Of a stretch of 64,000 nt of DNA, positions 13,532 to 27,391 are shown piece by piece; position 1 is the stretch's first letter, and the number at the start of each line of letters is the position of its first letter. The stretch spans positions 19,324,094 to 19,388,093 of the forward strand of contig NC_068990.1 in assembly GCF_001194135.2 (NCBI RefSeq). Direction: 5' to 3'. Made by a program: the position numbers and the translations under genes. The notes under the pieces are model-generated. The model was not told where the DNA came from. It ran no database searches and saw nothing but the letters and a program-made list of their open reading frames with translations. Source of the DNA: Octopus bimaculoides. Taxonomy: Eukaryota.

Positions 13532-14090
13532 TGTAGCATCCAAAGATCGAGATGTAGAAGAACATGAATTTCGAACAATCCGTAGAAAATATAAAAACCG
13601 GCTTTCAGGAACAAACGTTGTTTATCGGACCGATGGGTTGTGAATTTTTTCCTTATCGAAGTACANNNNNNNNNNNNNNNNNNNNNNNNNNNNNNNNNNN
13701 NNNNNNNNNNNNNNNNNNNNNNNNNNNNNNNNNNNNNNNNNNNNNNNNNNNNNNNNNNNNNNNNNNNNNNNNNNNNNNNNNNNNNNNNNNNNNNNNNNNN
13801 NNNNNNNNNNNNNNNNNNNNNNNNNNNNNNNNNNNNNNNNNNNNNNNNNNNNNNNNNNNNNNNNNNNNNNNNNNNNNNNNNNNNNNNNNNNNNNNNNNNN
13901 NNNNNNNNNNNNNNNNNNNNNNNNNNNNNNNNNNNNNNNNNNNNNNNNNNNNNNNNNNNNNNNNNNNNNNNNNNNNNNNNNNNNNNNNNNNNNNNNNNNN
14001 NNNNNNNNNNNNNNNNNNNNNNNNNNNNNNNNNNNNNNNNNNNNNNNNNNNNNNNNNNNNNNNNNNNNNNNNNNNNNNNNNNNNNNNNNN

Positions 14091-14137
<47 letters not shown>

Positions 14138-15409
14138 TATTCAAAGAGACTGGGAGAATTTATATTGATATTCCATTATGAGTCTTAAAATAATTTTCAA
14201 GTACATAATTTAGTACACTAGTATATTATCCATGGTTTATTACCGGCAAATATATTACTTATTTCTGGCTTTATGTCTTCCTTATTGATAGGTAAATTCC
14301 AATATTCAAACGAACTACCCACAACTTTTGTTAATAAGTGCACTGAGTGAACTTCAGCTAATGTCTGAAAGTGCGTAGCGTTTAAAAAATATATCCTTTA
14401 TGTTCGTTTATGTTGACTTTGATATTTGTTCTTAGTTTGATGTAGCCTGTGATTTATGATAAACAAAATTTGCATTCATTGTATGCGGAGGAGAACAATG
14501 GATGACAGAAAAAGAGAAGCAAGAGTTATACTTTCTTTCCATAATACGTGATAATACGTTTTTGATGTGGAGTGAACATTATTATTATGATTATTATTAT
14601 TATTATTAAAATTATATGATTCACGTGTTTATTAACGTGACAGAAACTGATATAAATATCAATAGAATTTAAGGACGATTATAAATCATTTCTTGACGTC
14701 TTGGAAAATACGGTCACATTTTCAAAATCCTGTTATTGTTCATTTGATAAACTTAAAATCTTAGAATGCTTTAATTTCGCTTAAATCATTCCGTCTAAGT
14801 ATAGATTCAAATAATATACTGCAATCACTAAAGAAAACTACAAAACCAAATCTCTCAAAACCTTCTTGAAATTTCGAAGTTACAACGTTAAATTACTCTA
14901 TGCATTCCATTTTAGCCGTCGTTTTCCCATTTTTACATATTAGCGAATATCATCAACATGGCTTTATGGTTCCCGATTTAATGCTTAAAGAGGAGTACAT
15001 AAAATATTAGATCAGAAGAGAAATATAAAGACGAGAATAAAAGAGAATATAAATTGATCAAAGGCTGGTTATTGTTTCCTATATACAAGAGATACTGTTG
15101 AATACACACAAGTATATAAAAAAGAACCTATAAAAAATTTCCAGTTGAAAAAATCAAGCAGTGAATACAGATCAGTCCTCCACTAAATATGGTCGCCATA
15201 TCGGAATATCTTTGAACACTGACAAAAATGGAGAACGACTGTGTCTCGAGTACAAAAATGTAGCGTCATATGTAGAGATTCTGGGGATGTCTTCTTTGGT
15301 ACTACGTAAAGTATAACCGTGAATATTGTGTGCTACAGCAGATAATCAATATACGGTGAAATCTGAAACGAGAAGTGTTCGGGCACGATATATGGCTAAA
15401 TACGTAAAA

Positions 15410-15460
<51 letters not shown>

Positions 15461-16603
15461 NNNNNNNNNNNNTGTGTGTGTGTGTGTGTGTGTGTGTGTT
15501 TATGTGTGTGTGTGTGTGTAGTTATGTAAACTGAAAAAATTCTCAAGAGTGTTTGGTGGCATACATGTTTGTCACATGCTTTTAAGAAGAGGAGTAGCAA
15601 TACCTTCGAAGTCACTGTCACACTCTTCTTGTAAAAATGTAATATATATGTTCATCTTCGTATCTCTTTATATACATATTCATATGCGAATATATTTAAT
15701 TATATTCTCCCGTTGAATAAATATCTGGCATTCTACTGAAATTACGTGAATAGAATTTAATTTAAACATAGTAATTGTAATATAAATATTTTATATTATT
15801 TCTTTTTCTGTGTGTTTTTCTCATGAACATCTATTTGTTATTCTTTAATTCATACATCTTCTTCGTGTCTATTAGGTAAAAAATACTTGGATATTTTGCC
15901 TCAAATATATAATACATTCTTTGAACCACTAATTAATATGAGTTTAAAACAAATTTATTTATAGAATGGCTTAATTTTATTACGTCAGATATTAATGTGA
16001 ACATTATTTCACGAAACGCAGATTTAATTTTCAACCTGACTATGTTTCTATATTTGTTCGAAATAAAATCATCTCTGCCATTGGGAGAGATTTATGCTAC
16101 GACCGATCCCGCTAATAATATCAAAGTAAATCGTCTCAAACTACAACAAACTTCCACAACAATACGAAAGCAAAACTGCATAATATGCAGAAAGATATAC
16201 TGTATATAAAAAATCAAAACGCACCACAGTTACAGGGAGAAAAACCTTGCCTCGTATTGTAGATTTTCTCGATGAAGTATAAGCTGGTGAAAAACAAGAG
16301 CAACGATATTGATTTTATAGCAAATTAAAAGCCAGCGGGTTTAAAACCCCATGGAATCTGATCTCAACTGGAGCAGATTGCAATCAGAAAATACGTTAAA
16401 CGATAGAAGTTACCTGATTCTATATCACAATTGAGAATCTGTTTATGGATCTATCGGTTTATCTAGTTATCCTACTATCTGTATCTATGTGTGTATGTGT
16501 TTGTGTGTGTATATCTGTGTATACACGTATGTATGTATGAATCAACTTTCTATTCTTCTCCACCTTCTTCTCCCCTATCTGTCACTCTCTCCCCTCTTTC
16601 TCT

Positions 16604-16607
<4 letters not shown>

Positions 16608-16694
<87 letters not shown>

Positions 16695-16714
16695 CGTGTG
16701 TGTGTGTGTGTGTG
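16608..16714. repeat. Compound (TA)n(TG)n microsatellite
   Basis: Seen directly; similar compounds at 21488-21558 and 62425-62490. Confidence 0.97.
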
Positions 16715-18563
16715 TAAGCATATATCTATGTAAGGTTATATATGTATATTGGTAGATATGTGTGCAAGAGTCGATATATATATAATTCTTATACATACAT
16801 GCATACATCTAAGTATAACGCTAGAAACTGAAATTACACTCTATAGTGTTCCTTGTTGACTTCGTGACTTTGCAGAACCTGGACTAGATATAACTGGCTA
16901 TTCAATGACTGTTTTCATTACGGCAATGATTCTGTTCACATGTAAGCTACGTCAGAGTTGGAAAAGCGTTCAGCAGCTACGAAAGCAACATAATATAGTT
17001 CTTTATGCCACTTAGTATCTTTCTTCCACGTATTTTTAATTTGGAAGCAAATTCATATTAGCTTTTGAGTTCTCTTGAATGTGAATAGAAATTACTTATT
17101 TTGTGCCTTGTACATGTAAGAAGATTTTTGTTCTATAAAATGTAATATGTTCTTATTCTTATGTTCTAATGTCTATAACTATATAATAACACGTGTTTCT
17201 TTAATTTCATCTTTTGTAGGTAAGTTTATTCTTTACTATTTACTCATCACGCTGTACAGTGAATATTTAGAAAAGATGTTCAGGTCAGTTTAAAACTATT
17301 TCTCTTTTATCAATATATTTTATCATATCCGTATCTATTGGACATAGGCCGATATATCAGTAAATGTTTTGCATATATTCAAATATTCTTCACTTCCACC
17401 AGCTTATGAGTAGCATGATGGGTGATTCTATAGCGCTGTACCAAACGAATGCTGCTACATGTATCCTGAAAGACAATCAGTTTATCGTAAAACAAATATC
17501 AAAGATTACATGTCAATTTCTCTGAAATCTTTATGAAATTCGTATAAGAGTTTTTCACATTTGAACTGATGTTGAATTCGCCCAGAAGGACAAATATTGT
17601 ACATATACAGTATATGTATTCTGATAACACATTATCAATGTCAAATGCACACTGAATGATTTCTATAAGATGTATGAAGTAAGCGATCAAGACCAAGAGG
17701 ATGTTAATATAATACCATTTTCAATCGTCACATAAGTTACGTGTTATAGATTTGTGCTTTAAGCCATAAGAAAAACGCTAGTAATCTTTGTACACTTTCG
17801 CACCGAAATACTTTCCCAATTGGTGGGAAGAGGTGCTGGTAATAATCTAGTCTCCGATCGACAGACGTTCTGTCTTCTCTCCCTGCTCTTCTTCAAGTAT
17901 CATATATTCATCTTCTACTCGCAGTTAACCATTCTAGTCGCATCTCCAGTTATACATTTTCAACACATCTTCAATTAATCATTGAGCCTATTATGTCAAC
18001 CATCAAGAACACACACTAAGTACTCCAAACACACATAACTCATCAGCATGACAGATCATTTCTCCCATGTTTCTGTTTTAGCCGTTAACTTGAATTTGAA
18101 GCTCTTCAATAAAACGATGGTCCACGTCGTACATACTTCTATTGAAGACTTTTGACAACAATAGATACAGCCTATTCTTATTTTTTTCTTTATAGTAATA
18201 TGAAATATTTTGAATTTAAATATGTATTCTATGGTATTGGTACTGTAAAGCTTTCATTGACAGAAAACGTAATTGGTGCCGTCGACAGTCTATTTCTGTT
18301 TAGTATTCATGTATATACTTCGATGTATTAGCATAAGAAGTATGCATTGCATATTTCGTTTTTAAAGCAAAAGTATGATATATTCAGTAATACATAAAAT
18401 ATATCAGGAATAGCAAATTATATTGAAACTTGCCTCTATTATATTCTTATTTAAGAACAATTTTAACAATAACACAAATACATACTATATTCGTTAACCC
18501 TTTTAAAGTCGTTGAATTATTTAGAAAAGATTTCATTGTAAAAAAAATATTTAACATAGCATA

Positions 18564-18884
18564 GACACAGGAGTGGCTGTGTGGTAAGTAGCTTGGTTAC
18601 CGACCACATGGTTCCGGGTTCAGTCCCACTGTCTGGCACCTTGGGCAAGTGCCTTCTACTATAGCCTTTTGAGTGGATTTGGTAGACGGAAACTGAAAGA
18701 AGCCCGTCGCATATATATGTGTGTGTGTGTGTGTTTGTCACCTTACCATCGCTTGACAACCGATTTTATTGCGTTCACACCCCCGCAACTTAGCGATTCG
18801 GCAAAAGAGACCGATAAAATAAGTATTAGGCTTACAAAGAATAAGTCCTGGGGCCGCAATCAGATGACTGAAACCAATAAAAGA
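18564..18884 (+). mobile_element. tRNA-headed CORE-like SINE family C with two internal deletions
   Basis: A-box gtggctgtgtggtaag, B-box gggttcagtccc, core ccttgggcaagtg, internal TA/TG tract; 8-bp TSD atagcata at 18556-18563 and 18885-18892. Confidence 0.92.
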
Positions 18885-20362
18885 ATAGCATATGCATTTC
18901 GATATTGTACTAAATTTACCAACTGTAAAACATTGCAGCTTTATTGTTTTCTTTTGGTGCACAGTCCATTTCGGGATATTGATAAATTAATGTATTAATT
19001 TTCCTATTTTACCCAACATATTTTGTCAAATCTATCAAATTCGTATCCAATTATTTAGTTGTTTATGTGAGAGAGATTGATTATAATGCTAAATTAATAT
19101 AATGATGGTGTGGTCTTTGGCGCATGTGTTAGGGATCTTGTAGAACGCTGTTTGTATAACTTTACTTCAAGTTTGGATCCAAAACTGCAATTGGAATATT
19201 CAACACGGATGCATCTTCAATGTGTATACATTCATGGAAATATACAGCACTAAATATGAAGCAAAAGATAATTTCATATTGTCTATACTTTTAGTATACA
19301 AGATGCATCGTGGCCAGTGTATCCGTAGATATTTTTTTCAATATCAAATTGAAGAAATTTCACCTCCATTTTAGTGCGTATCTCCCGGAAGAGAATTATG
19401 AACACTATCTATCTCATTCAAAATATAATAACGTCCATATGTAATTATAGTCAATCGTTAATTAATGACTGGTGAATAAAATAATGTCACTTTTTTGTTT
19501 AAAATGTTGCCTCTGTGTTCGCGTTCCTTGTGGTTAAATGATGAAAGAAACAAGACTTCTTGAAGCTTCTTCAGCCATATTACATATTATCTGTGAATTT
19601 CTTCACAAATTTCAATTAATTATATTTCATTGTTGTACTGTCTAATGAACATAATATCTTAATTACTTTGGTTTTTCGAATAGCAAAATTTTGAATCTAA
19701 CATATATGATGAAATACTAATTAGTGCCAGAGCCTTCAGTTAACAAATCTTTCTAAAAGTTGCTATGTATGTTGCCAAACACACACAAACAAGCGCGCTT
19801 GTGCGTGTGTGAATGTATCGGTGCTTGTGTAGATATAAGTATATGCGTGCATAGATGTCTGCACTTCTGTTTGTATGTAGTTATGTATTTGAGCTTGTAT
19901 ATGTGGATATAGTTTTACGCATGTGTGAATATATATATACATACATATATATATATAAAGAGATTGAGAGAACGAGAGGAAGAGAGAAAGAGACAGAGAT
20001 GCATGCGTTTGTATGCATTTGTGGGTAAAAGTGTATCTGTGTATTTATTGTTTATGTGTACGATGAACATGTTTGTGCGTCTGGCAATGTTTTTGAATAA
20101 CTGTTTTTCAATGAAAATACTTAGTGTAAGACAATGATGAAAAGGACAAATAAAAGAAAAAAAAAGACGGTACAGACGAGGGGTTGAAAAACAAGACAAG
20201 AAAGTAATGATGATAACACAGACGCAAACGACACACGAATACGAGACGAAGAGAGTGAGTTAATCCAAGTAAGTCTCTTACTTAAATAGATGGAAGAAAC
20301 ATGATAAACTCACACGCTAGTATTAATTCAATTTTTACATGCACCAATCATGACTATCATAT

Positions 20363-20590
20363 ATTTATATATGCTAATAGTGGGCTAAACATAGAGGGGC
20401 AAACAAAGACAGACAAAGGGTTTAAGATCACTACATCGATGCCAGTGTGTAACTGGTACTTATTTTATTGACCTCGAAAGGATTAAAGTCAAACTCGACC
20501 TCGGCGGAGTTTCAACACAGAACGTAACGGCAGATGAAATATCGCTAAGCATTTCACTCGGTGTGCTAACAATTTTGCCAGCTCGCCGCC
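20363..20590 (-). mobile_element. SINE family A, tail type 1
   Basis: Reverse-complement match to 9763-9994. Confidence 0.9.
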
Positions 20591-20604
20591 CTATGACAAT
20601 CACA

Positions 20605-20802
20605 TATTCTTTTCTACTCTAGGCACAAGGGCCGAATTTTGTGGGGAGGGGGCCAGTCGATTTCATTGGTACTAATTTTTATCGACCCCGAAAGGATGAA
20701 AAGCAAAGTCGACCTCAGCGGACTTTGAACTCAGAACGTAAAGGCAGACGAAATACCGCGAAGGATGTCGCCCAGCGTGCTAACGTTTCTGCCAGCTCGC
20801 CT
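20605..20802 (-). mobile_element. SINE family A, tail type 2
   Basis: Family A head and body with the alternative tail ccccctccccacaaaattcggcccttgtgcctagagtagaaaagaata. Confidence 0.92.
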
Positions 20803-20962
20803 TAAGACAATCATATATTAAGACGGAACAGATATCTGACGTAAATGCATTGTCAAATCAACTACAATGGAAGACTGATGCATGATATAAACGTCCCGAA
20901 GGACGCATGAATTGTTTAGGGATATAGCTATATTTAACAACGCATCAACTGTTGCTCAAGAT

Positions 20963-21343
20963 CAGGTGGTTCTCAATCATATTTTAACTATGGACCCTTT
21001 GATTACTTTTGCATTCTGGTTGACCCCCGCCCCCAACAAAGCCAGTCAATGTTTAAATATTAGTTGTAAAGATACTTATTTTAATCAAAATTCTTATTTC
21101 GTTTCTCAGACACTCACTTGCGTAGGTTTCCAATAGAGCTCTGAGAGAACGTATTTCAGTGGCTGGAAACATGTTAAACTATGTAAAACGCTAGAGAAAG
21201 AAACGTAGCTGTTTCTTATAATAAATACATCTAACATAAAATTCCTTCATGAGCACTTAATATAATGCTGTGGAGCCCAATTTACTATTTTGTCTGGCAT
21301 AGACCCCCAAAACTCTTCTGTGGTCCCCTGTCAAGAATTACAG
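20963..21343. mobile_element. Degenerate hAT/Charlie-like non-autonomous DNA element
   Basis: Begins caggtggttctcaa...atggaccc and ends gtggtcccctgtcaagaattacag, resembling caggggttctcaa / ttaagaacccctg MITE termini; TIRs are poorly preserved. Confidence 0.45.
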
Positions 21344-21488
21344 GTCTGCATACACTGTGATTTCCATTGTTTTTATATGGAGTTAATATTCATTTTTAAG
21401 ATGGGTGTAAAGATATATATCATTGTTTCTGCATGTGAGTGTGCGAGAATGTATATGTGTGTATGTCTGTACTACATATATATGCATG

Positions 21489-21562
<74 letters not shown>

Positions 21563-22860
21563 AGCAGTCGAAGAGATTGACTCGAATGTATGTAGGTTAA
21601 ACACACTAGCGACATTAGATATTAACATATGGTTGGACCTCATGCATATTTCATTCAACAACATTGACGACTCTGTAGCGAGGGTTGCAAAGAGACACAT
21701 AACGGTATGCACGATCACACATGCACAACCAAATAATACCCATAGTCGCATATATGAGAAGCTTATGCCGATATCAGTCGCACGAGTTTCAGTCGCTCCC
21801 GGTCATTTGTTGAAAACATCCGTTCGATGCATCGAGCCGTGCCGAAAACTGGAATTATTTGTGATAGAAGAATCATGCGTGGAATAATTTTCAGAAATGA
21901 ATCATGACTTGCAACTAAAAGGACTTATAGCGACTTAGACAGAGTATTACGTTTCTTCATATCTCTCAGTACGCGAATTTTGGTCGCCCACTGCATTAGG
22001 TCTAGTAAAAGCTGGGCATGCAATGCAGATCATTTAGCTAGCTATACGCGTATCCGAAATATGTTATCTAGTTCGCGAAAAAGATGCCGTGATTAAATAT
22101 TATATATTTTTCACAATGAGGTGCCAAGTACTAAGTGATATAGGCACCAAGTATAAAAAAATAAGGAACTCTCATATTACTTCAGAGTATCTGAGTTCAT
22201 TAACGCACTAGAAAATATCAAATAACGCAAGGTGCAGAGAAAATTTTACTCAGAGTACGAACGCACTAACAAGCTGTTTGAAAGTTAATTACTAGTCATC
22301 TCCTAGCTACTTTATCTTTATTCCACAATCCGAAAATGAACGGCATGATAGTAAACTGATATGAAGGGATAAAGAATTTATTTCTATGTTTATCTTGAAA
22401 TGCAAAAGAATAATGTACATTTTATTGAACAAAATAATTGCTATTTTGCACAGCATGTGTTGATTATATCACTAGATATCGCTGAAAAGTATTTAAATCG
22501 CTGAAACCTTGTATTCTTTAACATAAAGAAATGCAATAATTTGTACATTCTATTGCTACTAACAGTGGTACATTGTACAATATGGTTATTTATTTCGCAT
22601 TGCCGGGATCTTCCTATTCATACAAACAGTACAGCCACTTAATGGCGTATTCACTACAGTTGAATGCTATTATGGTTTATCGTCTCAATATGCGAGCATA
22701 AACACAGACACAAACATAAACTCTCACACAGATGCACATGCACATACATATACACATATTTATGTATGTATGCATCTATGCATCTATGTATATATATTGA
22801 CGTGTACATATCTTTATATACACAGATATATATACATGCATGTTTATACATATATGTACA

Positions 22861-22898
<38 letters not shown>

Positions 22899-24170
22899 TA
22901 CACACACACACACAGATATATGCATATATAATTACGTATGTCTGCCTGCCTCTGTGTGTGTTGGTGTGGGTGTGCATCTGTGTGTGTGTGTATGTGTCTG
23001 TATTGAATGGTCATGGGCTGGGTGAACAGTGAGAGCGTATTATGAGTAAATATGCAAATCTACACACTTCAAGACATGAAAAGTATTATTGTCTCCAACA
23101 TTGAATACATTCTTTCGCGTAAAAGATGAAAAACTGCATTACTTTATAAGAGGAAATGTTTTTCGCTTCTTATATCTTCAGTATAAAATTTACAAAAAAT
23201 ACATAATGCTATCACAAGATACTACTTCTTTTTTTGAAGTATATTTTATTTTAAGTTCCATTCTCCGTTCGAAACTCTCACACAAACACTCATACACACA
23301 GTCATGTACATATAGATATAGAGAGATATAGATGGAGATATACACACGCATCTATATAAGCAATATTTTTTGCTAACGTATTCTGAATGATAAAGTATTT
23401 TACTGCTGTAAAATTACTAGCTATCATTTCAATAATATTAAAAAAAAATATTTTTTTTTGGCTTCTGTAGAAATTAAACTCCGTTATATCAGCTCTAACT
23501 AGGCTAACTGGTTGAAAAGCATATGTTGTTATTGTTTAAGCCTCCATAAGTCATCGTCGACCAGCCTTGAACCTGCTGAATTTATTTTCTTTTGATTTTT
23601 GCAAAATATAGCGGTTAGATTTTAGGGAGATTTAACTGTACAGTTTAGGTACAATACATGTGAAGAACTGAACTAATTACGAAAATATTTTGGGGAATAC
23701 TAAAAGTTAATCTACTTAACTGTCCACGCATTCATTGCTGATAAGGCTACTATCAATAGGGCCTTCTGTAAACTTATATATTACATATTTGCGGGCCAGA
23801 TTGACCAATTAATTACTGGTCTAGCACTTTCATGACACTTTTTCTGAATGGTCTACTAACAACGTATACATGCATACACACACACATATATACATGCACA
23901 CACACACCAGTTATATATATACATATAGAAATATATATATATATATGTACATGTAAATATGACTATATACCTACATATTCACATTTCTATTTATATCTAA
24001 CTAACTATATATATGTGTGCGTGTGTGTATTTCTCTCTCTCTCTCTCACTCGCTGTAGATATATGTATGTTTTCACTTGGCATAGAAAATCCTGAAAAAA
24101 TATTTTGTAAAACAAATCTCCCGATCTAGTTGATCTAGCTTACGTATATTCAATGAAATATAAATTGCTA

Positions 24171-24578
24171 AGTGGCTGTGTGGTAAGTAGCTTGCTTACG
24201 AACCACATGCTTCCGGGTTCAGTCCCACTACGTGGTACCTTGGGCAAGTGTCTTCTACTATAGCTTCGGGCCGACCAAAGCCTTGTGAGTGGGTTTGGTA
24301 GACGGAAACTGCAAAGAAGCCCGTCGTATATATGTATATATATATGTGCGTGTGTATGTTTGTGTGTCTGTGTGTCTGTGCCCCCCCGCCCGACATCCCT
24401 TGACAACCGATGCTGGTGTATTAACGTCCCTGTAACTTAGCAGTTCAGCAAAAGAGACCAATAGAATAAGTACTAGGCTTACAAAGAATAAATCCTGGGG
24501 TCGATTTGCTCGACTAAAAAGGTGGTGCTCCAGCATGGCCACAGTCAAATGACTGAAACAAGTAAAAGAGTAAAGAGA
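24171..24578 (+). mobile_element. Near full-length SINE family C
   Basis: Head, CORE-like segment, internal (TA/TG) tract, body and gtcaaatgactgaaacaagtaaaagag tail are all present. Confidence 0.95.
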
Positions 24579-24967
24579 GCAATGCGACTACGATCTGATA
24601 GTGACGGTCAACTCTACAACCATTCGCTGCTTTCCTTCTTTTAAATATCCCATTACAGTCTATTTGAATTGTGTCGACTCAGCGTGAGACACAACTCAGG
24701 AGATCGAATTTCTCATTGATTCTTTGTCGAAACACATATTAGCAATGTCCAAAACACCAATGCAATTCCATATTGGTGCAATCAGCAACTTCCTGTAATT
24801 ACTAGTGTAAATATTCATGGTTCCCCCCAAAATATAGCGAAGTATAAATAATATTTCAGAAATATTTCTTCAGACGCTCGTATAACTGCTTCATTACGGT
24901 GAAACACTCTTTTGCAACAACGTCGACTTGCTTCTTATGTGTATGACTGTAGTCTATCTTTAGATTT

Positions 24968-25045
<78 letters not shown>

Positions 25046-26743
25046 ATATACATACACGTGTATATACATATATATANNNNNNNNNNNNNNNNNNNNNNNN
25101 NNNNNNNNNNNNNNNNNNNNNNNNNNNNNNNNNNNNNNNNNNNNNNNNNNNNNNNNNNNNNNNNNNNNNNNNNNNNNNNNNNNNNNNNNNNNNNNNNNNN
25201 NNNNNNNNNNNNNNNNNNNNNNNNNNNNNNNNNNNNNNNNNNNNNNNNNNNNNNNNNNNNNNNNNNNNNNATATATACATGTGTGTATGTCATAATCCCA
25301 ATACAAGCTTAAATTTTCCCTTTCTACTCGAATTAAGGTCAGTCGAGTCATCTACCACTATGTTCCTTTTCTCGAGAATTTCTAATTGTTAAATTTTATC
25401 TATATTCACCTGATGAAAATGTTTTTTTTTTTTATTCTTTTGCCTGTTGTAAAACTTCTGTTCATCAATAATAAAAAAAAAAACACCATACGTTTGAAAC
25501 AGCTGTAGTGAACCGCAGCCCATGTCTTGTTATGATATACATACGTGTGTGTGTACATACATATTATACATATATATTTAAATTACATGTACATATATAA
25601 ACGCATACATATGTATGATGTAACGATATTCTGGGCCACTGGATAACGCAATTGCATAAACGGTAATGCAGAACATCAGCATTTGAGATTTATACAAATA
25701 CATATATACAAAACTTGTGTAAGGTATTTCCACATCACATTTTCACTCTTTCCATTTGCATATACTAGTAAAATCTCTATTTTTACATTTCGTTCTACTG
25801 CAAATTTTTAGTTTATTTATCTTAATTTAATTTCATTTTATTATTCTTATTGAATTTTACAAGACGAAAACAAAAACAATCAGATATCGGTTTGCTTGAC
25901 AGCGGAATTTCTATACTCGTTAGATTAAATGCTTTGACGATCAATAAAATTTATTTAAAACACATTTCCGTTAAACAAGCTATTGATCATGATTTGATTT
26001 GAAAGCATAACGTAACAACAAGCATACTTTTTCTTCCGTATATTGATTCGTTCTTTGCAAAAACGTTCGTTTATTTTCTTTTATGGTTTTATCTTATTCA
26101 TATTTTTTTCCTTCTTGAAGCACGGGTCATCGGATCCACTTCTTGTATTACTCTAATGCAATATTACTCTAGCAATCGTATGTTTTAAGATGAGATGCAA
26201 ACAGCAATGAAAGCAAACGGTATTAGTCTTTTGCTGTCGGAATTAAGCGTGAAAGCTCATCGTCTGGAATCTGTTTTATGTCCAAATAAAATTGATTAGA
26301 TTCTGAGATATTCCATGAAATTTAAACATTAGTTTTATTTCAAATATATTTTGTTTGTTTATGCGGTAATAAAGAAACAAAAGATGCCCAGTGTAATGTT
26401 TTTACTTGATGTTGAGACTATAAAATCAGCTATGTTTTTAATATAATTAATCCAATATTTCTGATTCTTATTAATATTGGCATCCTGCTGAATTATCACA
26501 TCATGTTATCCAGAAATCGATTACAATGACCAGTTAGCTATATAAACGACTAATTTCGCGCTGTTTTGGAAGAAAATGTTCAGAGTTTGGTCATATGATT
26601 TCCATTAATATGGCAGCTATGAATTAATCTCTAAATGTGGGTCGGCATTGTAGCTTAATACGCCAAATTTAATGAAAAAGTTCTTAATCATATTCTGGAC
26701 TGGTGTAAACAATTATTACTAAGTATATTAGTACATATTGTGC

Positions 26744-26819
<76 letters not shown>

Positions 26820-26842
26820 CTATCTCTCTATCTCTATCTCCC
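26744..26842. repeat. (TC)n/(TATC)n compound microsatellite; (GGAT)n(AGGT)n follows at about 27060-27114
   Basis: Seen directly. Confidence 0.95.
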
Positions 26843-27124
26843 NNNNNNNNNNNNNNNNNNNNNNNNNNNNNNNNNNNNNNNNNNNNNNNNNNNNNNNNNN
26901 NNNNNNNNNNNNNNNNNNNNNNNNNNNNNNNNNNNNNNNNNNNNNNNNNNNNNNNNNNNNNNNNNNNNNNNNNNNNNNNNNNTATATATATATATATATG
27001 TATATTTAAGTATATACATATATGTATATACGTACATTCATACAGGTATCTATCTATTTAGATGGATGGATGGATGGATAGGATAGGTAGGTAGGTAGGT
27101 AGGTAGGTAGGTAGATGGTTCTGC

Positions 27125-27391
27125 CAATGATAGCGGCTTGCGTGAAGGAAATATAGCGGTAAGCAACAAGGCTCAATATAAAACCTCAAAGTTACCAGAA
27201 AGAAATGGCATCAAAAGACGACTTAAAAGATGTGGGATGCATTGCATGGTGCAATCTTGCCCGTACAATAATGGCAGTACAACATAACTTTTTAGTTGCC
27301 TTCGAATCTTCTTGACATTTGAACGTGAAACTGAATGCCAGTATGGAATAACAATTTCCCAGCGAATTTCAGCTTCCTTTTCTACAACCAC
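27125..27391 (-). pseudogene. Possible heavily decayed RTE LINE RT fragment
   Basis: Minus strand reads EAEIRWEI...KKIRRQLKSYVVLPLLYGQDC...GNFEVL, then ASRYHWQNH. This parallels EI.RRI...K.RL.KSYV...LLYG.E.W...N.EVL...RLRW.GH. By-eye similarity only. Confidence 0.45.
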
